Shown here piece after piece: positions 26,134-36,215 of a stretch of 64,000 bases of DNA; position 1 is the first letter of the stretch, and every line of letters begins with the position of its first letter. The notes beneath the pieces were generated by a model that was not told the DNA's origin, searched no databases, and saw only the letters and a program-made list of their open reading frames with translations. The DNA comes from Candidatus Latescibacterota bacterium (lineage in GTDB: Bacteria; Latescibacterota; UBA2968; UBA8231), in NCBI GenBank assembly GCA_965215195.1, contig CBDCDC010000001.1, forward strand, positions 64,001-128,000. The letters run 5' to 3'. A program made the translations under genes and the position numbers.

Positions 26134-27591
26134 ATGAGAGCCGACGGTCGTCACTATTGCGCCGCGAGCCGGTGCGCGATCACGGGCATGGCCATCACTT
26201 GGCTCCTGCTGGCCTGCGGCGTTGCGGCTTCGGAGATCGCGCAGCCCGGGGAAGAGTTGGTGCTGAGCATCGACGAGGCCGTGGCCTTAGCCTTGGAACG
26301 CAATCAGGAGTTGGCAGAGGCGCGACTGATCCAGACCGAAGCCAATGAGCAGGTCTCTGAAGCTTGGGGGGAGATTTTCCCGCAGCTCGACTTCTCCGCT
26401 AGCTACGTCCGCAACATCTCGCCTGCTGTCTCCTTCGTGCCGGCCAACATCTTCGATCCCACGGCACCAGAAGGGGAGTTCCTATCGCTGCAGTTCGGGG
26501 CCGACAACAGTTGGCAGAGCGCCCTCACCCTGCGGCAGCCCCTGTTCTACCCGGGTGCCGTGGTCGGTCTCAGTGTTGCCCAGCGCGCCTTGGGGATGCA
26601 GCGGGAGATGGTGCGCGGCCGCGCCCAGCAGGTGGTGACGCGGGTCCGTCTCGTCTGTTTTGACTTGCTGCTGCGCTCCGAAGAGGTGCGCCTCAGCGAA
26701 CGGTCCCTAGAGCGCCTGCGCCAAGCTCTCGAAGAGACGCGCGGCCGTGCCCGGGCGGGGCTGGCCTCCGAGTACGACGTGCTGCGGCTGGAGGTTGAAG
26801 TGGCAAATCTCGAGCCGCTCCTGCTGCGCGCCCGCAACGCCAAGGCGTCGTCGCGCCGCCAGCTAGCCATCGAGCTGGCCGTGGACGATCCCGGCCGCCT
26901 GCGACTGTCGGAGAGCGGGGCACTCACCGGGGCCACGGTGCTCCTCGCTCCGCCGCCGCCCGCCGCCGATCTCGTGAAGACGGCACTGACCCACCGCTCC
27001 GACGTGCGCCAGCTCGAGCATACGGCCGAGCTGCGCAGGATCCAGGTGCGGCGCGAGAAGGCAGAGTATTTGCCCAGTATCTCCTTGTTCGCTACTTGGG
27101 ACGTGCAGGCTCAGCAGAACGGGAGACCCGATTTCTTCGGCACTGAGAAGACGCGCGCCACCAGTAAGATCGCCGGCGTGTTGGTGGAGCTGCCGCTGTT
27201 CACCGGCCTGCAGCGCGACGCCCGCATCGACCGGCACCAAGCGGTGCTGCGCCAGGCGCAGATCCAAGCGCAGTTGGCGCGGCACCAAGCCACGGCCCAA
27301 GTCCGGGATCTAGCGGCGGCGCTGGCCGAGGCCGGTCAGCGGGAAAGGGGCCAACGGCTCGCCATATCCCAAGCTCAACGCGGTTTCGACATTGCCATCG
27401 CCCGCTACCGCGAGGGCCTCGGCAGCCAGCTCGAGGTCACCGATGCCGAGATGGCACTGCGGCAGAGCGAGTTCAACATGGCCCAAGCGGTACACGACCG
27501 GCTGGCCAGCCGAGCCCGGCTCAACTTGGCCATAGGGCGGGTCGCCCCTATCGACGAGGAGATCACAATTAATTTGGAGGAGATGGAGTGA
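26134..27591 (+). CDS. TolC family outer-membrane efflux protein
   Basis: LSIDEAVALALERN, LRQPLF, EYDVLRLEV, AEYLPSISL and RYREGLGSQLEVTDAE. Start uncertain (26134 or 26188). Confidence 0.9.
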   Translation: MRADGRHYCAASRCAITGMAITWLLLACGVAASEIAQPGEELVLSIDEAVALALERNQELAEARLIQTEANEQVSEAWGEIFPQLDFSASYVRNISPAVSFVPANIFDPTAPEGEFLSLQFGADNSWQSALTLRQPLFYPGAVVGLSVAQRALGMQREMVRGRAQQVVTRVRLVCFDLLLRSEEVRLSERSLERLRQALEETRGRARAGLASEYDVLRLEVEVANLEPLLLRARNAKASSRRQLAIELAVDDPGRLRLSESGALTGATVLLAPPPPAADLVKTALTHRSDVRQLEHTAELRRIQVRREKAEYLPSISLFATWDVQAQQNGRPDFFGTEKTRATSKIAGVLVELPLFTGLQRDARIDRHQAVLRQAQIQAQLARHQATAQVRDLAAALAEAGQRERGQRLAISQAQRGFDIAIARYREGLGSQLEVTDAEMALRQSEFNMAQAVHDRLASRARLNLAIGRVAPIDEEITINLEEME

Positions 27592-28691
27592 GAATCCCCT
27601 GCCCCCGATCGCGTCTCTTCCAGTGCGCCGTCCTACGCGCCGCCAGCGTCGCCATCCTCGCTCTCTGGGGCTGTGGTGATGGGGAAGGCGAGCCAAAGAC
27701 AGCGGGCGACGCTCGCCGCATCATCAACGTCGAAGTCGAGACCTTGGCGGTGCGCTCCTTCACCGACGTGATTCGCCTGACCGGTGTGGTCTTGGCCGAC
27801 CGCGCGGTGACGCTGGCCGCCGAGGAGAGCGGCACCGTGGTCCAGATTCTCGCCGACAAGGGCGAGAGCGTGAGCCGTGGACAGGCTCTGATCGGGCTAA
27901 ACGACGAACTCCTGCGCGTCCAGCGGAGCGAAGCCGAGGCGCAGGCGGCACTGGCCGCGGAGATTTGGCGGCGCAAGAAGCGGCTCTACGAAGAGGAGCG
28001 CATTGGCACCGAAGGGGAGTACCTCGAAGCGCGCTATACTGCCGACCAGACCCGAGCGCGGCTCAACCTGATCGAAGCGCGGCTGCGGCGCACTGTGGTG
28101 CGCGCTCCCTTCGACGGCCTACTCGACAGGCGTCTGGTCGACGTCGGCTCGGTCGTCTCCCCGGGCCAAGCAGTAGCCCATATTCTCGATCTGGAGCCGC
28201 TGAAGGTAGCCACCGGCGTCCCCGAGCGCTACGCGGCGGACGTGGGCGTCGGCACCCGCGCCGTGGTCGCTTTCGAGGCCCTCGCGGATACTTGCGCTGC
28301 CATCTTGACCTACGTGGGTGCCGCGGTCGACGGTGGCCATCGCACCTTCCCCGTCGAGCTGGCCCTCGAGCGTCCGGTGGCCAGTGCCAAGCCGGCCATG
28401 GTGGCCGAGGTGCATCTCGTGCGCCGCGTCTATCCGCAGGTCCTAATGGTGCCGCGCCAAGCCTTGGTGCGCACCGAGGACGGCTTTAGCGCCTTCGTCG
28501 CCATCGACGGGGAGGCCGGCCCTTTAGCCGAGGTACGCCCGGTCACTCTCGGTGCCTCCGGCGGCGACCAAGTGGTGGTCACCTCCGGCCTGTTGCCGGC
28601 GGATCGCCTGATCGTCGTCGGCCAGCAGCAGGTAGCGAATGGCGACCGCCTGAGCATTGTCTCTGAACGCCACCTCCGGATCTCCGAATGA
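27588..28691 (+). CDS. RND efflux periplasmic adaptor (membrane fusion protein)
   Basis: Lipobox-like LWGC, lipoyl halves (ESGTVVQILADKGESV; VRAPFDG) and VTSGLLPADRLIVVGQ. Confidence 0.92.
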   Translation: MRIPCPRSRLFQCAVLRAASVAILALWGCGDGEGEPKTAGDARRIINVEVETLAVRSFTDVIRLTGVVLADRAVTLAAEESGTVVQILADKGESVSRGQALIGLNDELLRVQRSEAEAQAALAAEIWRRKKRLYEEERIGTEGEYLEARYTADQTRARLNLIEARLRRTVVRAPFDGLLDRRLVDVGSVVSPGQAVAHILDLEPLKVATGVPERYAADVGVGTRAVVAFEALADTCAAILTYVGAAVDGGHRTFPVELALERPVASAKPAMVAEVHLVRRVYPQVLMVPRQALVRTEDGFSAFVAIDGEAGPLAEVRPVTLGASGGDQVVVTSGLLPADRLIVVGQQQVANGDRLSIVSERHLRISE

Positions 28692-31600
28692 CCGATCGCT
28701 CTGACAGCCGCATTGACGCGTTCAAGGAGTTGGCCGTCACCTCGTGGGCGGTGCGCCACGGCACCAGCATGCTGATGCTGTTCGCCATCATCGCTCTCGC
28801 CGGTACGCTGGCCTACCGCAGTGTTCCCAAGGAATCCTTCCCCGAGATCGAGATCCCCATGATCGCGGTGAACACGATCTATCGGGGGGCTTCGCCAAAG
28901 GACGTGGAGTCTCAAGTTACGCGGGTTGTGGAGCAGGAGCTGAACACCGTACCAGGTCTGAAGGTGCTGACCTCGACCTCGGTCGAGGGCTACTCGAGCG
29001 TGGTGGCTGAATTCAGCACTGAGGTCGACCTCGACGAGGCCCTGCAGCGAGTGCGGGAGAAAGTCGATCTGGCCAAGCCCGAGTTACCCGCCGACGCCGA
29101 AGAGCCCGGGATCTTCGAATTCGACTTCGAGGAGGTGCCGATCCTACAGGTGAACTTGTCCGGGGAATACGGGCTGGTGCGGCTCAAGCAGATCGGCGAG
29201 GAGGTGGAGGATCGCCTCGAACAGATCCCCACCGTGCTGCGCGTCGATCTGCGCGGCGGCCGCGAGCGCGAGGTGCAGGTGGATGTATCGCTGCCGCGTT
29301 TGCTCTACTACGGCCTGACCCTGAACGACGTAGTCGAGACCGTGCGCGACGAGAACGTAAACATCCCCGGTGGTGCCATCGACGTGGGGGAGATGAAGTT
29401 CCTAGTGCGCGTCGACGGCGAGATCGACGACCCGCTGTCGATCGGCGACCTCGTAGTAAACGCACCCGGCGGCCGGCCAGTGTACGTGCGCGATGTGGCC
29501 GACGTCGACTTCGGCTTTGCCGAGCGCGACAGCTACGCCCGCCTCGACGGCCGCTCGGTGGTGACCCTCGACGTGATCAAGCGCACGGGAGAGAATATCA
29601 TCGAGACCGCCGACGCAGTGCATGCTGTGATCGCCGGCATGGAGGTGGAGTTCCCGCCGACCACAGTGGTGAAAACGACCTCCGACATGTCCCGCGACAT
29701 CCGCATGATGGTCAGCAGCTTGGAGAACAACATCCTCTCCGGCCTGCTGCTGATCGTGAGTGTGCTGCTCTTCTTCCTCGGCGTGCGCACCTCGATCTTC
29801 GTCGGCATCGCCATCCCCACCTCAATGCTCCTCTCCTTCCTCCTCCTCGGGTTGCTCGGTGCGTCTATGAACATGGTGGTCCTGTTCTCGCTGATCCTGT
29901 CCCTCGGCATGCTGGTGGACAATGCCATCGTCATCGTGGAGAACACCTACCGCTACGTAGAGGAAGGCTGGGACCGGGCCGCGGCCGCGCGCAAGGCCAC
30001 GGGCGAGGTGGCCGTGCCGGTCATCGCCTCGACGCTGACGACCTTGGCTGCCTTTGGCCCGTTGCTGATCTGGCCCGGCATCATCGGGGATTTTATGAAG
30101 TACCTGCCCATGACTCTGATCGTCACCCTGTCGAGTTCCCTGTTCGTAGCCCTCGTGATCGTGCCGGTGCTGTGCAGCCGATGGCTGCGGCTGGAGGGCC
30201 AGCGCACCGCGTCCCTGCCGCGGTCGGGGCGCTGGATGCTAACTGGTCTAGCGCTGGCCATCGCGGCGTGGCTGGCGGCGCTCAACGCGTTCACCATGGC
30301 CCTGCTGGGGGCGACGGCCTTGGTGGCCATTCTGGTGCATCGACTCCTCCTCGGTCCCCTTGCCCGCCGTTTCCAGAGCGCGGGTCTGCCGTGGCTCGTC
30401 GACCGCTACGAGAGCACACTGAGCTGGGCCCTCGACCATCGCCTCATCGTCGTCGCCGGATCCTTCGCGGTCCTAGTGGCCATGGTGGTCGCCTTCGCCC
30501 GCTTCAATCACGGCATCGAGCTGTTCCCCGAGGACATTCCGCCGCGCCAAGTCTGGGTCGACATTGAGACGCCCGTGGGTACGCGCGTTGAGTTCATCGA
30601 CGGCATCGCCCGCAAGCTGGAGGAGCGAGTGCGCCGCGTCGAAGGCTACGACGACGCCGAATCGGCGGTGACCACGGTCGGCGGTGGTGGCAATGTGTTG
30701 ATGGGCGGTGCCCAAGGAGCCAACAGTGCCCGCTTGGTGGTGAGCTTGGCCGAGTACCAGGAACGCCGCTTCGACAGTTCCCTGACGCTGGTGCGCATGC
30801 AGAAGGTAGTGGGACGTCGCATCGCCGGTGCCGAGATTTCAGTGGAAAAGCCTCAGGAGGGGCCGCCGACGGGTGCCCCGGTAAACGTCGAGATCGTCGG
30901 TCGGAAGCCCGAGGTGCTCAAGGAACTGTCCGACCGGGTGTTGCAGATCCTGCAGAACTCCCCCGTCGGTGAAAAGCTCACCGGCCTAAAGAGCGACCTC
31001 GACGAAGCCCGTCCAGAGCTGGCCGTGCACGTCGATCGCGAGCGAGCCGCCCTGTACGGCTTGTCCACGGCGCAGGTGGCCGGCGTCGTGCGCACCGCTG
31101 TACAGGGCACTGAGGCGAGCCAGTACCGCACTGGCAACGACGAATACGACGTCATCGTCCGTCTGGCCGAGCCGTGGCGCCGCGACCTAGAGTCGCTGCG
31201 CGATCTGGCCATCGAGAACGACCCGGGCGAGCAGATCCCACTGGTGTCGGTGGCTAGCTGGACCGTAGGCGAGGGTCTCGGCTCAATCCGCCGCAAGGAC
31301 ATGGACCGCGTGGCCACGATCAGTTCGGAGGTGCGCGCTGGCCTGAACAAGAACGCCGTGCTCGGCGAGGTGCAGCAGAGCCTAGAGCCCTTCGTCCGCG
31401 ACGAGCTGCCGCCGGGTTACGCGATGCGCTACACAGGACAACAGGAGGAGCAGGCCGAGGCCGAGGAGTTTTTGACCAACGCCTTCCTAGCGGCCTTGGC
31501 CCTGATCGCCTTCATCCTCGTGACCCAATTCAACTCGGTGGTCAAGCCCGTCATCATCCTCACCTCGGTGGTGATGTCCACGGCCGGCGTCCTGCTCGGA

Positions 31601-32098
31601 CTGATGGTGTTCCAAATGCCCTTCGGGATCATCATGACTGGCGTCGGCATCATCTCGCTGGCCGGGATCGTGGTCAACAACGCCATTGTGCTGGTCGACT
31701 ACATCGACGTGCTGCGCCGGCGCGACGGTCTCGAGCGGCGGGCGGCGCTCATCCGCGGTGGCCGCACCCGCCTGCGGCCGGTGCTCCTCACGGCGATCAC
31801 CACCGCCCTCGGCTTGGTGCCGTTGGCCATCGGGCTCAATTTCGACTTTTTCGGACTTTACGGCCACCTCGATCCAGACCTGTATTGGGGTGGCGAGCAA
31901 GCTGCGTGGTGGGGCCCCATGGCTATCGCCGTGATCGTGGGGATCCTGTTCGCCACCTTCCTGACGCTGATCCTCGTGCCCGTGATGTACTCGCTCACCG
32001 ACGACATGGCGCGGTTCTTGGCGCGTCACTTCACTGGGGACGCGGCCGAGGCCACGGAAGGAGGAGCGGCTCTGGCCGAGTCGCCTCCCGGGTCTTGA
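28688..32098 (+). CDS. AcrB/AcrD/AcrF family RND efflux permease
   Basis: GMLVDNAIVIVEN, GIVVNNAIVLVD, RLRPVLLTAITTALGLVP and ATFLTLILVPVMY. Confidence 0.95.
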   Translation: MTDRSDSRIDAFKELAVTSWAVRHGTSMLMLFAIIALAGTLAYRSVPKESFPEIEIPMIAVNTIYRGASPKDVESQVTRVVEQELNTVPGLKVLTSTSVEGYSSVVAEFSTEVDLDEALQRVREKVDLAKPELPADAEEPGIFEFDFEEVPILQVNLSGEYGLVRLKQIGEEVEDRLEQIPTVLRVDLRGGREREVQVDVSLPRLLYYGLTLNDVVETVRDENVNIPGGAIDVGEMKFLVRVDGEIDDPLSIGDLVVNAPGGRPVYVRDVADVDFGFAERDSYARLDGRSVVTLDVIKRTGENIIETADAVHAVIAGMEVEFPPTTVVKTTSDMSRDIRMMVSSLENNILSGLLLIVSVLLFFLGVRTSIFVGIAIPTSMLLSFLLLGLLGASMNMVVLFSLILSLGMLVDNAIVIVENTYRYVEEGWDRAAAARKATGEVAVPVIASTLTTLAAFGPLLIWPGIIGDFMKYLPMTLIVTLSSSLFVALVIVPVLCSRWLRLEGQRTASLPRSGRWMLTGLALAIAAWLAALNAFTMALLGATALVAILVHRLLLGPLARRFQSAGLPWLVDRYESTLSWALDHRLIVVAGSFAVLVAMVVAFARFNHGIELFPEDIPPRQVWVDIETPVGTRVEFIDGIARKLEERVRRVEGYDDAESAVTTVGGGGNVLMGGAQGANSARLVVSLAEYQERRFDSSLTLVRMQKVVGRRIAGAEISVEKPQEGPPTGAPVNVEIVGRKPEVLKELSDRVLQILQNSPVGEKLTGLKSDLDEARPELAVHVDRERAALYGLSTAQVAGVVRTAVQGTEASQYRTGNDEYDVIVRLAEPWRRDLESLRDLAIENDPGEQIPLVSVASWTVGEGLGSIRRKDMDRVATISSEVRAGLNKNAVLGEVQQSLEPFVRDELPPGYAMRYTGQQEEQAEAEEFLTNAFLAALALIAFILVTQFNSVVKPVIILTSVVMSTAGVLLGLMVFQMPFGIIMTGVGIISLAGIVVNNAIVLVDYIDVLRRRDGLERRAALIRGGRTRLRPVLLTAITTALGLVPLAIGLNFDFFGLYGHLDPDLYWGGEQAAWWGPMAIAVIVGILFATFLTLILVPVMYSLTDDMARFLARHFTGDAAEATEGGAALAESPPGS

Positions 32099-32117
32099 GC
32101 ACTCTATACGGGTTGTC

Positions 32118-32134
32118 TCGTCGAAGCCGTAGTG
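32118..32134. repeat. Right copy of the 17-bp inverted repeat flanking the RND operon
   Basis: TCGTCGAAGCCGTAGTG, about 20 nt after the RND stop codon. Confidence 0.6.
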
Positions 32135-32272
32135 CGCAAGAGAAACATAGGGCAGGGTGGCATTGCACAGGGCTCTCCACGACTCGTGCAGGGCGCAGGG
32201 CCTATCATCGGAGGAGAATTTTCGGGAGTTCGCGTTAAACAACAAAGCCGCCAAAGTTAGCGGCTGGAGATT

Positions 32273-32349
<77 letters not shown>

Positions 32350-32390
32350 CCGTAAAGTTGTTAAAAACCTAGGATTTTTCCCCAAGAAGG

Positions 32391-34196
32391 TCAAGAGTTT
32401 TGTTGGGTAGTGACCGCTTGGCGCTCTTGATTGAGCGCGACGAGTTCGGCGCTGATGCGCACAATTTCGCTGTCGTCGGATGCCTTGGATGCCGCTGCGA
32501 GAGCTTGACGCACGTTGGCGATGCGCTTTTGTAGCGCACTCTTCTGAAAGTAAAGCAAATAGTCGCGCCATTGCCGCTCGACTTGTTCCTCGTCAAAACC
32601 TTGGGCCGCGCATTGGGCGGCTAGGCGTACGAGGGGGGGATCGTCCTCTAGGTCGCTGATGATCATGCCAAGGTCGATGGCTTTGCCGTGGGCATGGCGG
32701 TCGAAGAGCGTGCGGCACAGGGCCTGAGTGCGGCTGTCGCTTAGCGAGTCTGGGGCGAATTCCCGGACGGTTTCGGGTATAAACTGCGGGAATTTGATCA
32801 ACAAGCCGATGAATTCGAGCTCGTGGCGCGGCGGGTCGGGCGCGGCCGCTGGAGGTGACTCGGCAACGGCCTTGCGCGGCCGTTGGGGGCGGCGCATGGA
32901 GGCTTGCACGCCGTCGCGCAGGGCCTGTTCGTCAACCGCGAGGCGCTGGGAGACTTCGCGCAGCAGCAGGTCGCGGCGGACCGCATCTTGGGGTTTGTTC
33001 AGCTTGGCTAGGAGCGGTTTGAGCGTTTCGACAGCGTGGCCCTTGCCCTCGACGCTGGAGAGATCGTGCCTCTGGGCGAGTTGTTCGAGGTAGAAATCGA
33101 GAACCGACTGGGCATTTTCGGCCCGCTCTATCAGAGCGTCCGGGCCGTGCTTTTGCACGAAGCTATCGGGGTCGTGCTCGGAGGGCAGCGAAACGACGCG
33201 GGCATCTAGGCCCGTGCCTAGGAGAACTTCTAGGGCGCGCATGGCGGCCGTGGAACCGGCCGCGTCGCCATCGAACAGCAGCACGACTCGGCGGGCAAAG
33301 CGATCCAACAGGTGGCCGTGGTCTTCGGTCAGGGCCGTGCCAGAGGTGGCGACCACGTGCTGGATGCCGGCCTGCGCTAGGCTGATGAGGTCCATGTAGC
33401 CTTCGACGACTAGTACGGTATTTTGGCGGCGAATAGCGTCGCGGGTGTCGGACAGGCCATAGAGCACTCGACCCTTGTGATAGATGGGCGTCTCGGGCGA
33501 GTTGAGGTACTTGGGCTCTTGGTCGGGCTGGCGCGCACGCGCACCGAAGGCGATGGTCCGATTGGAGAGATTGGCAATGGGAAAGGCGACCCGGTCGCGA
33601 AAGCGGTCGTAGTGGCCGCTACCGCTCTTTTGCGGCAGGGCTAGCCCGGCCCGCTCCAAAATCTGGGGAGTCAAGCCTCGGCGACCAGCCACTTTGAGCA
33701 AGGCGTCCCACTCCGGCGGCGCGTAGCCCAAGCCGAAGCGCTCGATGGTTTCGCCTGCGAGACCGCGGGTTTGTAAATACGCGCGGGCACTAGCGCCGAC
33801 AGCGTCGTTAAGCAACAGATGGTGAAAGTACTTTCGCGCTAGGTCGTTAGCCCGATAGAGTTCGTCGGCGGCCGCGCCCTCCTCGTGCGATGGCCCCGAA
33901 CGCTCGGGCAGGGCGACGCCGGTGCGTGCGGCGAGGAATTTGACCGCTTCGACAAAAGTGACGCGGTCAATCTCTTGGATGAATTTGAATACATTGCCCC
34001 CTACTCCACAGCCGAAGCAGTGGTAGAATTGGCGGTCGGGATCAACGCTGAAAGAGGGGGTTTTTTCGTCGTGGAAAGGGCAAAGGCCGGAGTAGTTGCG
34101 GCCCTTTTTGACGAGCTGGACGTGTTCGGAAACCAAGTCGACGATGTCGGTGGCGTCGCGGATGCGTTGGAGGATGTCTTCGGGGATGCGTGGCAT
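32391..34196 (-). CDS. dnaG: DNA primase
   Basis: Zinc finger CPFHDEKTPSF...CFGCG, KYLNSPET and TOPRIM VEGYMD / FDGDAAG / DPDS. Confidence 0.97.
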   Translation of the reverse strand: MPRIPEDILQRIRDATDIVDLVSEHVQLVKKGRNYSGLCPFHDEKTPSFSVDPDRQFYHCFGCGVGGNVFKFIQEIDRVTFVEAVKFLAARTGVALPERSGPSHEEGAAADELYRANDLARKYFHHLLLNDAVGASARAYLQTRGLAGETIERFGLGYAPPEWDALLKVAGRRGLTPQILERAGLALPQKSGSGHYDRFRDRVAFPIANLSNRTIAFGARARQPDQEPKYLNSPETPIYHKGRVLYGLSDTRDAIRRQNTVLVVEGYMDLISLAQAGIQHVVATSGTALTEDHGHLLDRFARRVVLLFDGDAAGSTAAMRALEVLLGTGLDARVVSLPSEHDPDSFVQKHGPDALIERAENAQSVLDFYLEQLAQRHDLSSVEGKGHAVETLKPLLAKLNKPQDAVRRDLLLREVSQRLAVDEQALRDGVQASMRRPQRPRKAVAESPPAAAPDPPRHELEFIGLLIKFPQFIPETVREFAPDSLSDSRTQALCRTLFDRHAHGKAIDLGMIISDLEDDPPLVRLAAQCAAQGFDEEQVERQWRDYLLYFQKSALQKRIANVRQALAAASKASDDSEIVRISAELVALNQERQAVTTQQNS

Positions 34197-34418
34197 TGCT
34201 AGCAGGGGGCTTTTTCTCTATATTAACAGCACCATTAAGCAAAATATGGCGGCCTATTAACTGGGTCAAGAAAGTCAATTAGCGACGCTAATTTGCGTTA
34301 ATTCCTTGAGTTTACAGCAAACTGTTGGTATTATTGATAAGTTAAACGCTTATTCATGGCCTATGCTGGGGCCAAATCAAAATTTGACCCATTGAGTATC
34401 AAGAGGAGGATATCAGAT

Positions 34419-35084
34419 ATGTCGAAAGGCATAAAGGAAGCTATCGCGAGTTTGGCCTTGTTGGGACTCAGCGTTTTTCTGTGCGCGAGTCCGGCTGCAG
34501 CGCAGTTGGCAGTCTCTGGAGCTTCGGTGGATACAGACGACCTTGCACCCAGTCCTGTCGACGGAGTACAGGCTGAGTTCAACGAAGGTGGAAGGAGTAT
34601 TACCGTCTCTTGGACCTTGTCCGGCGACGATGTCGTGCGCCAGACCCCGACGAGTAGCGACTTTACAACGGGCGGAACCTTTAAAAACGTCAACGATGTG
34701 GCTGGTTACAATATATGGCGCCGTCCAGCCGAGGACCCTGAAGGTAGCTTGGCAATAGTCGGCACCGCTGGTGCCGGCGTGACGGCCTTAGTTGACGCCT
34801 CGATCAACGTGAGCGAGGGGAGCAAGCGGTACTTCTACATGGTCTCGGTCGTCGATGCTAGCGGCAACGAGAGCGCTCCCATCGAGTCCAACGAAATCAA
34901 GAACACATTGCTCCTTGGCGACTTTGACTACGATGGCGATGTGGACCTCGATGACTACGGAATTTTTCAAGCCAACTTTGGCCAAGCCGAATTCGATCCA
35001 GCCACAGATATCGACGGCAACGGCGTGGTTGAGCTCGAGGACTTTTTCCTTTGGGCCGACAACCTCGGTGCCAACTTGTACTAG
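34419..35084 (+). CDS. Secreted FN3-like protein with C-terminal dockerin/EF-hand pair
   Basis: GAGGAGG RBS and signal peptide. FN3 pattern (SWTLS...GYNIWR...YFYMVSVVDASGNES), then GDFDYDGDVDLDDY and DIDGNGVVELEDFFLWADNLG. Confidence 0.8.
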   Translation: MSKGIKEAIASLALLGLSVFLCASPAAAQLAVSGASVDTDDLAPSPVDGVQAEFNEGGRSITVSWTLSGDDVVRQTPTSSDFTTGGTFKNVNDVAGYNIWRRPAEDPEGSLAIVGTAGAGVTALVDASINVSEGSKRYFYMVSVVDASGNESAPIESNEIKNTLLLGDFDYDGDVDLDDYGIFQANFGQAEFDPATDIDGNGVVELEDFFLWADNLGANLY

Positions 35085-35138
35085 GTGCCGGCTTCAACCT
35101 AGCTATGGTATTCCATCCTTTACAAGGAGTATAGTTCG

Positions 35139-35831
35139 ATGAAAGAGTATATCCGCATCATCGCGCTAGCCGCTTTTTGCGCTGCTCCCGCGGCCGCTCA
35201 GTTGACCACCTCTGGGCCCGTAGCTTCCGTCGATAATATCCCCCCGGCACCTGTGGCCAACCTGCAAGCGCTCGCCACAGCCGGCGATGAGCCATCCGTG
35301 TTGCTCACTTGGACGCTATCAACAGAGGACGCTCGTTCGTTTACGACCTTTGGTGCCCAAGTAGTGCCCACGGGCGACGTACACGGCTATCGCGTGTACC
35401 GTGCGGATTTCTTTCTGCCCGTGGACGATAGCGGAGAGGTAGTGCTCGGTTGGTTTACGCGCGAGGGAGGCAGGGTTGACTTCGACGACTTCTTCCTCTT
35501 AGCCGATCGCTTTGGCACTTCTGACGCCGAGGCGGATTTTGAGTTGTTCTTCGACATAGTGCCCAATGGCCAAATTGACGTCGATGATTTTCTTCGTTTC
35601 GCCGATGATTTCGGCAAGGCCGTAACTCAGGAAGAACAGGGCAGTGAAAAGTTGATCGCCACGCTGGGGCCGGGCATCTCCGAGTTCATCGACGATGACG
35701 TCGTCAGCGGAGCCTCCTATGTCTATGACGTAAGAGCCTTTGACGGGGACAACGAAACTGGCGTCATCGCACCTTTTGCTTCCAATGAAGATATAGCCCG
35801 GACGGCGATGCTCGTCAGCGCCGATCAATAG
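35139..35831 (+). CDS. Secreted FN3-like protein with an internally inserted dockerin/EF-hand pair (paralog of the upstream gene)
   Basis: AAGGAG RBS and signal peptide. LTWTLS...GYRVYR [VDFDDFFLLADRFG...NGQIDVDDFLRFADDFG] ...YVYDVRAFDGDNET. Confidence 0.8.
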   Translation: MKEYIRIIALAAFCAAPAAAQLTTSGPVASVDNIPPAPVANLQALATAGDEPSVLLTWTLSTEDARSFTTFGAQVVPTGDVHGYRVYRADFFLPVDDSGEVVLGWFTREGGRVDFDDFFLLADRFGTSDAEADFELFFDIVPNGQIDVDDFLRFADDFGKAVTQEEQGSEKLIATLGPGISEFIDDDVVSGASYVYDVRAFDGDNETGVIAPFASNEDIARTAMLVSADQ

Positions 35832-35853
35832 GGCGTACGCGAAGCCGCAGAGG

Positions 35854-35892
35854 ATAGGACGCCCACTCAACGAGCGAGCGTCCTATTTTTTT
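35854..35892 (+). terminator. Intrinsic terminator
   Basis: ATAGGACGC...GCGTCCTAT stem followed by a T run. Confidence 0.8.
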
Positions 35893-35905
35893 ACGGTAGC
35901 ACGTC

Positions 35906-35934
35906 TTGACAAACAAAGATGTTCTCTGTACTTT
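35906..35934 (+). promoter_or_regulatory. Sigma70 promoter of rho
   Basis: TTGACA-N17-TACTTT. Confidence 0.7.
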
Positions 35935-36215
35935 TTGATCTCTTTACGCACCACCTTCAAGCAAATACCTCAGCGGTTTATTCCGCTTGAAATTCCACTT
36001 TCCCTTTAGACATTCTTCCTTCGCGATAGACCTCCTGTAGCGATTAAAGAATTTTGCCAAGGTACGGCATACTCTAGGTTTTAATGTCTTAGCGGTACTA
36101 CCGCTTTTAACAATCCAATCCTCGCAACAGCCCTAGGTGTTTCTAGTGCTGCATCGCACCTAAATGTCCGCTTCGAGTCCCGCACTTTAACCGCAAGAAA
36201 GGTAGCAGGGAAGAG

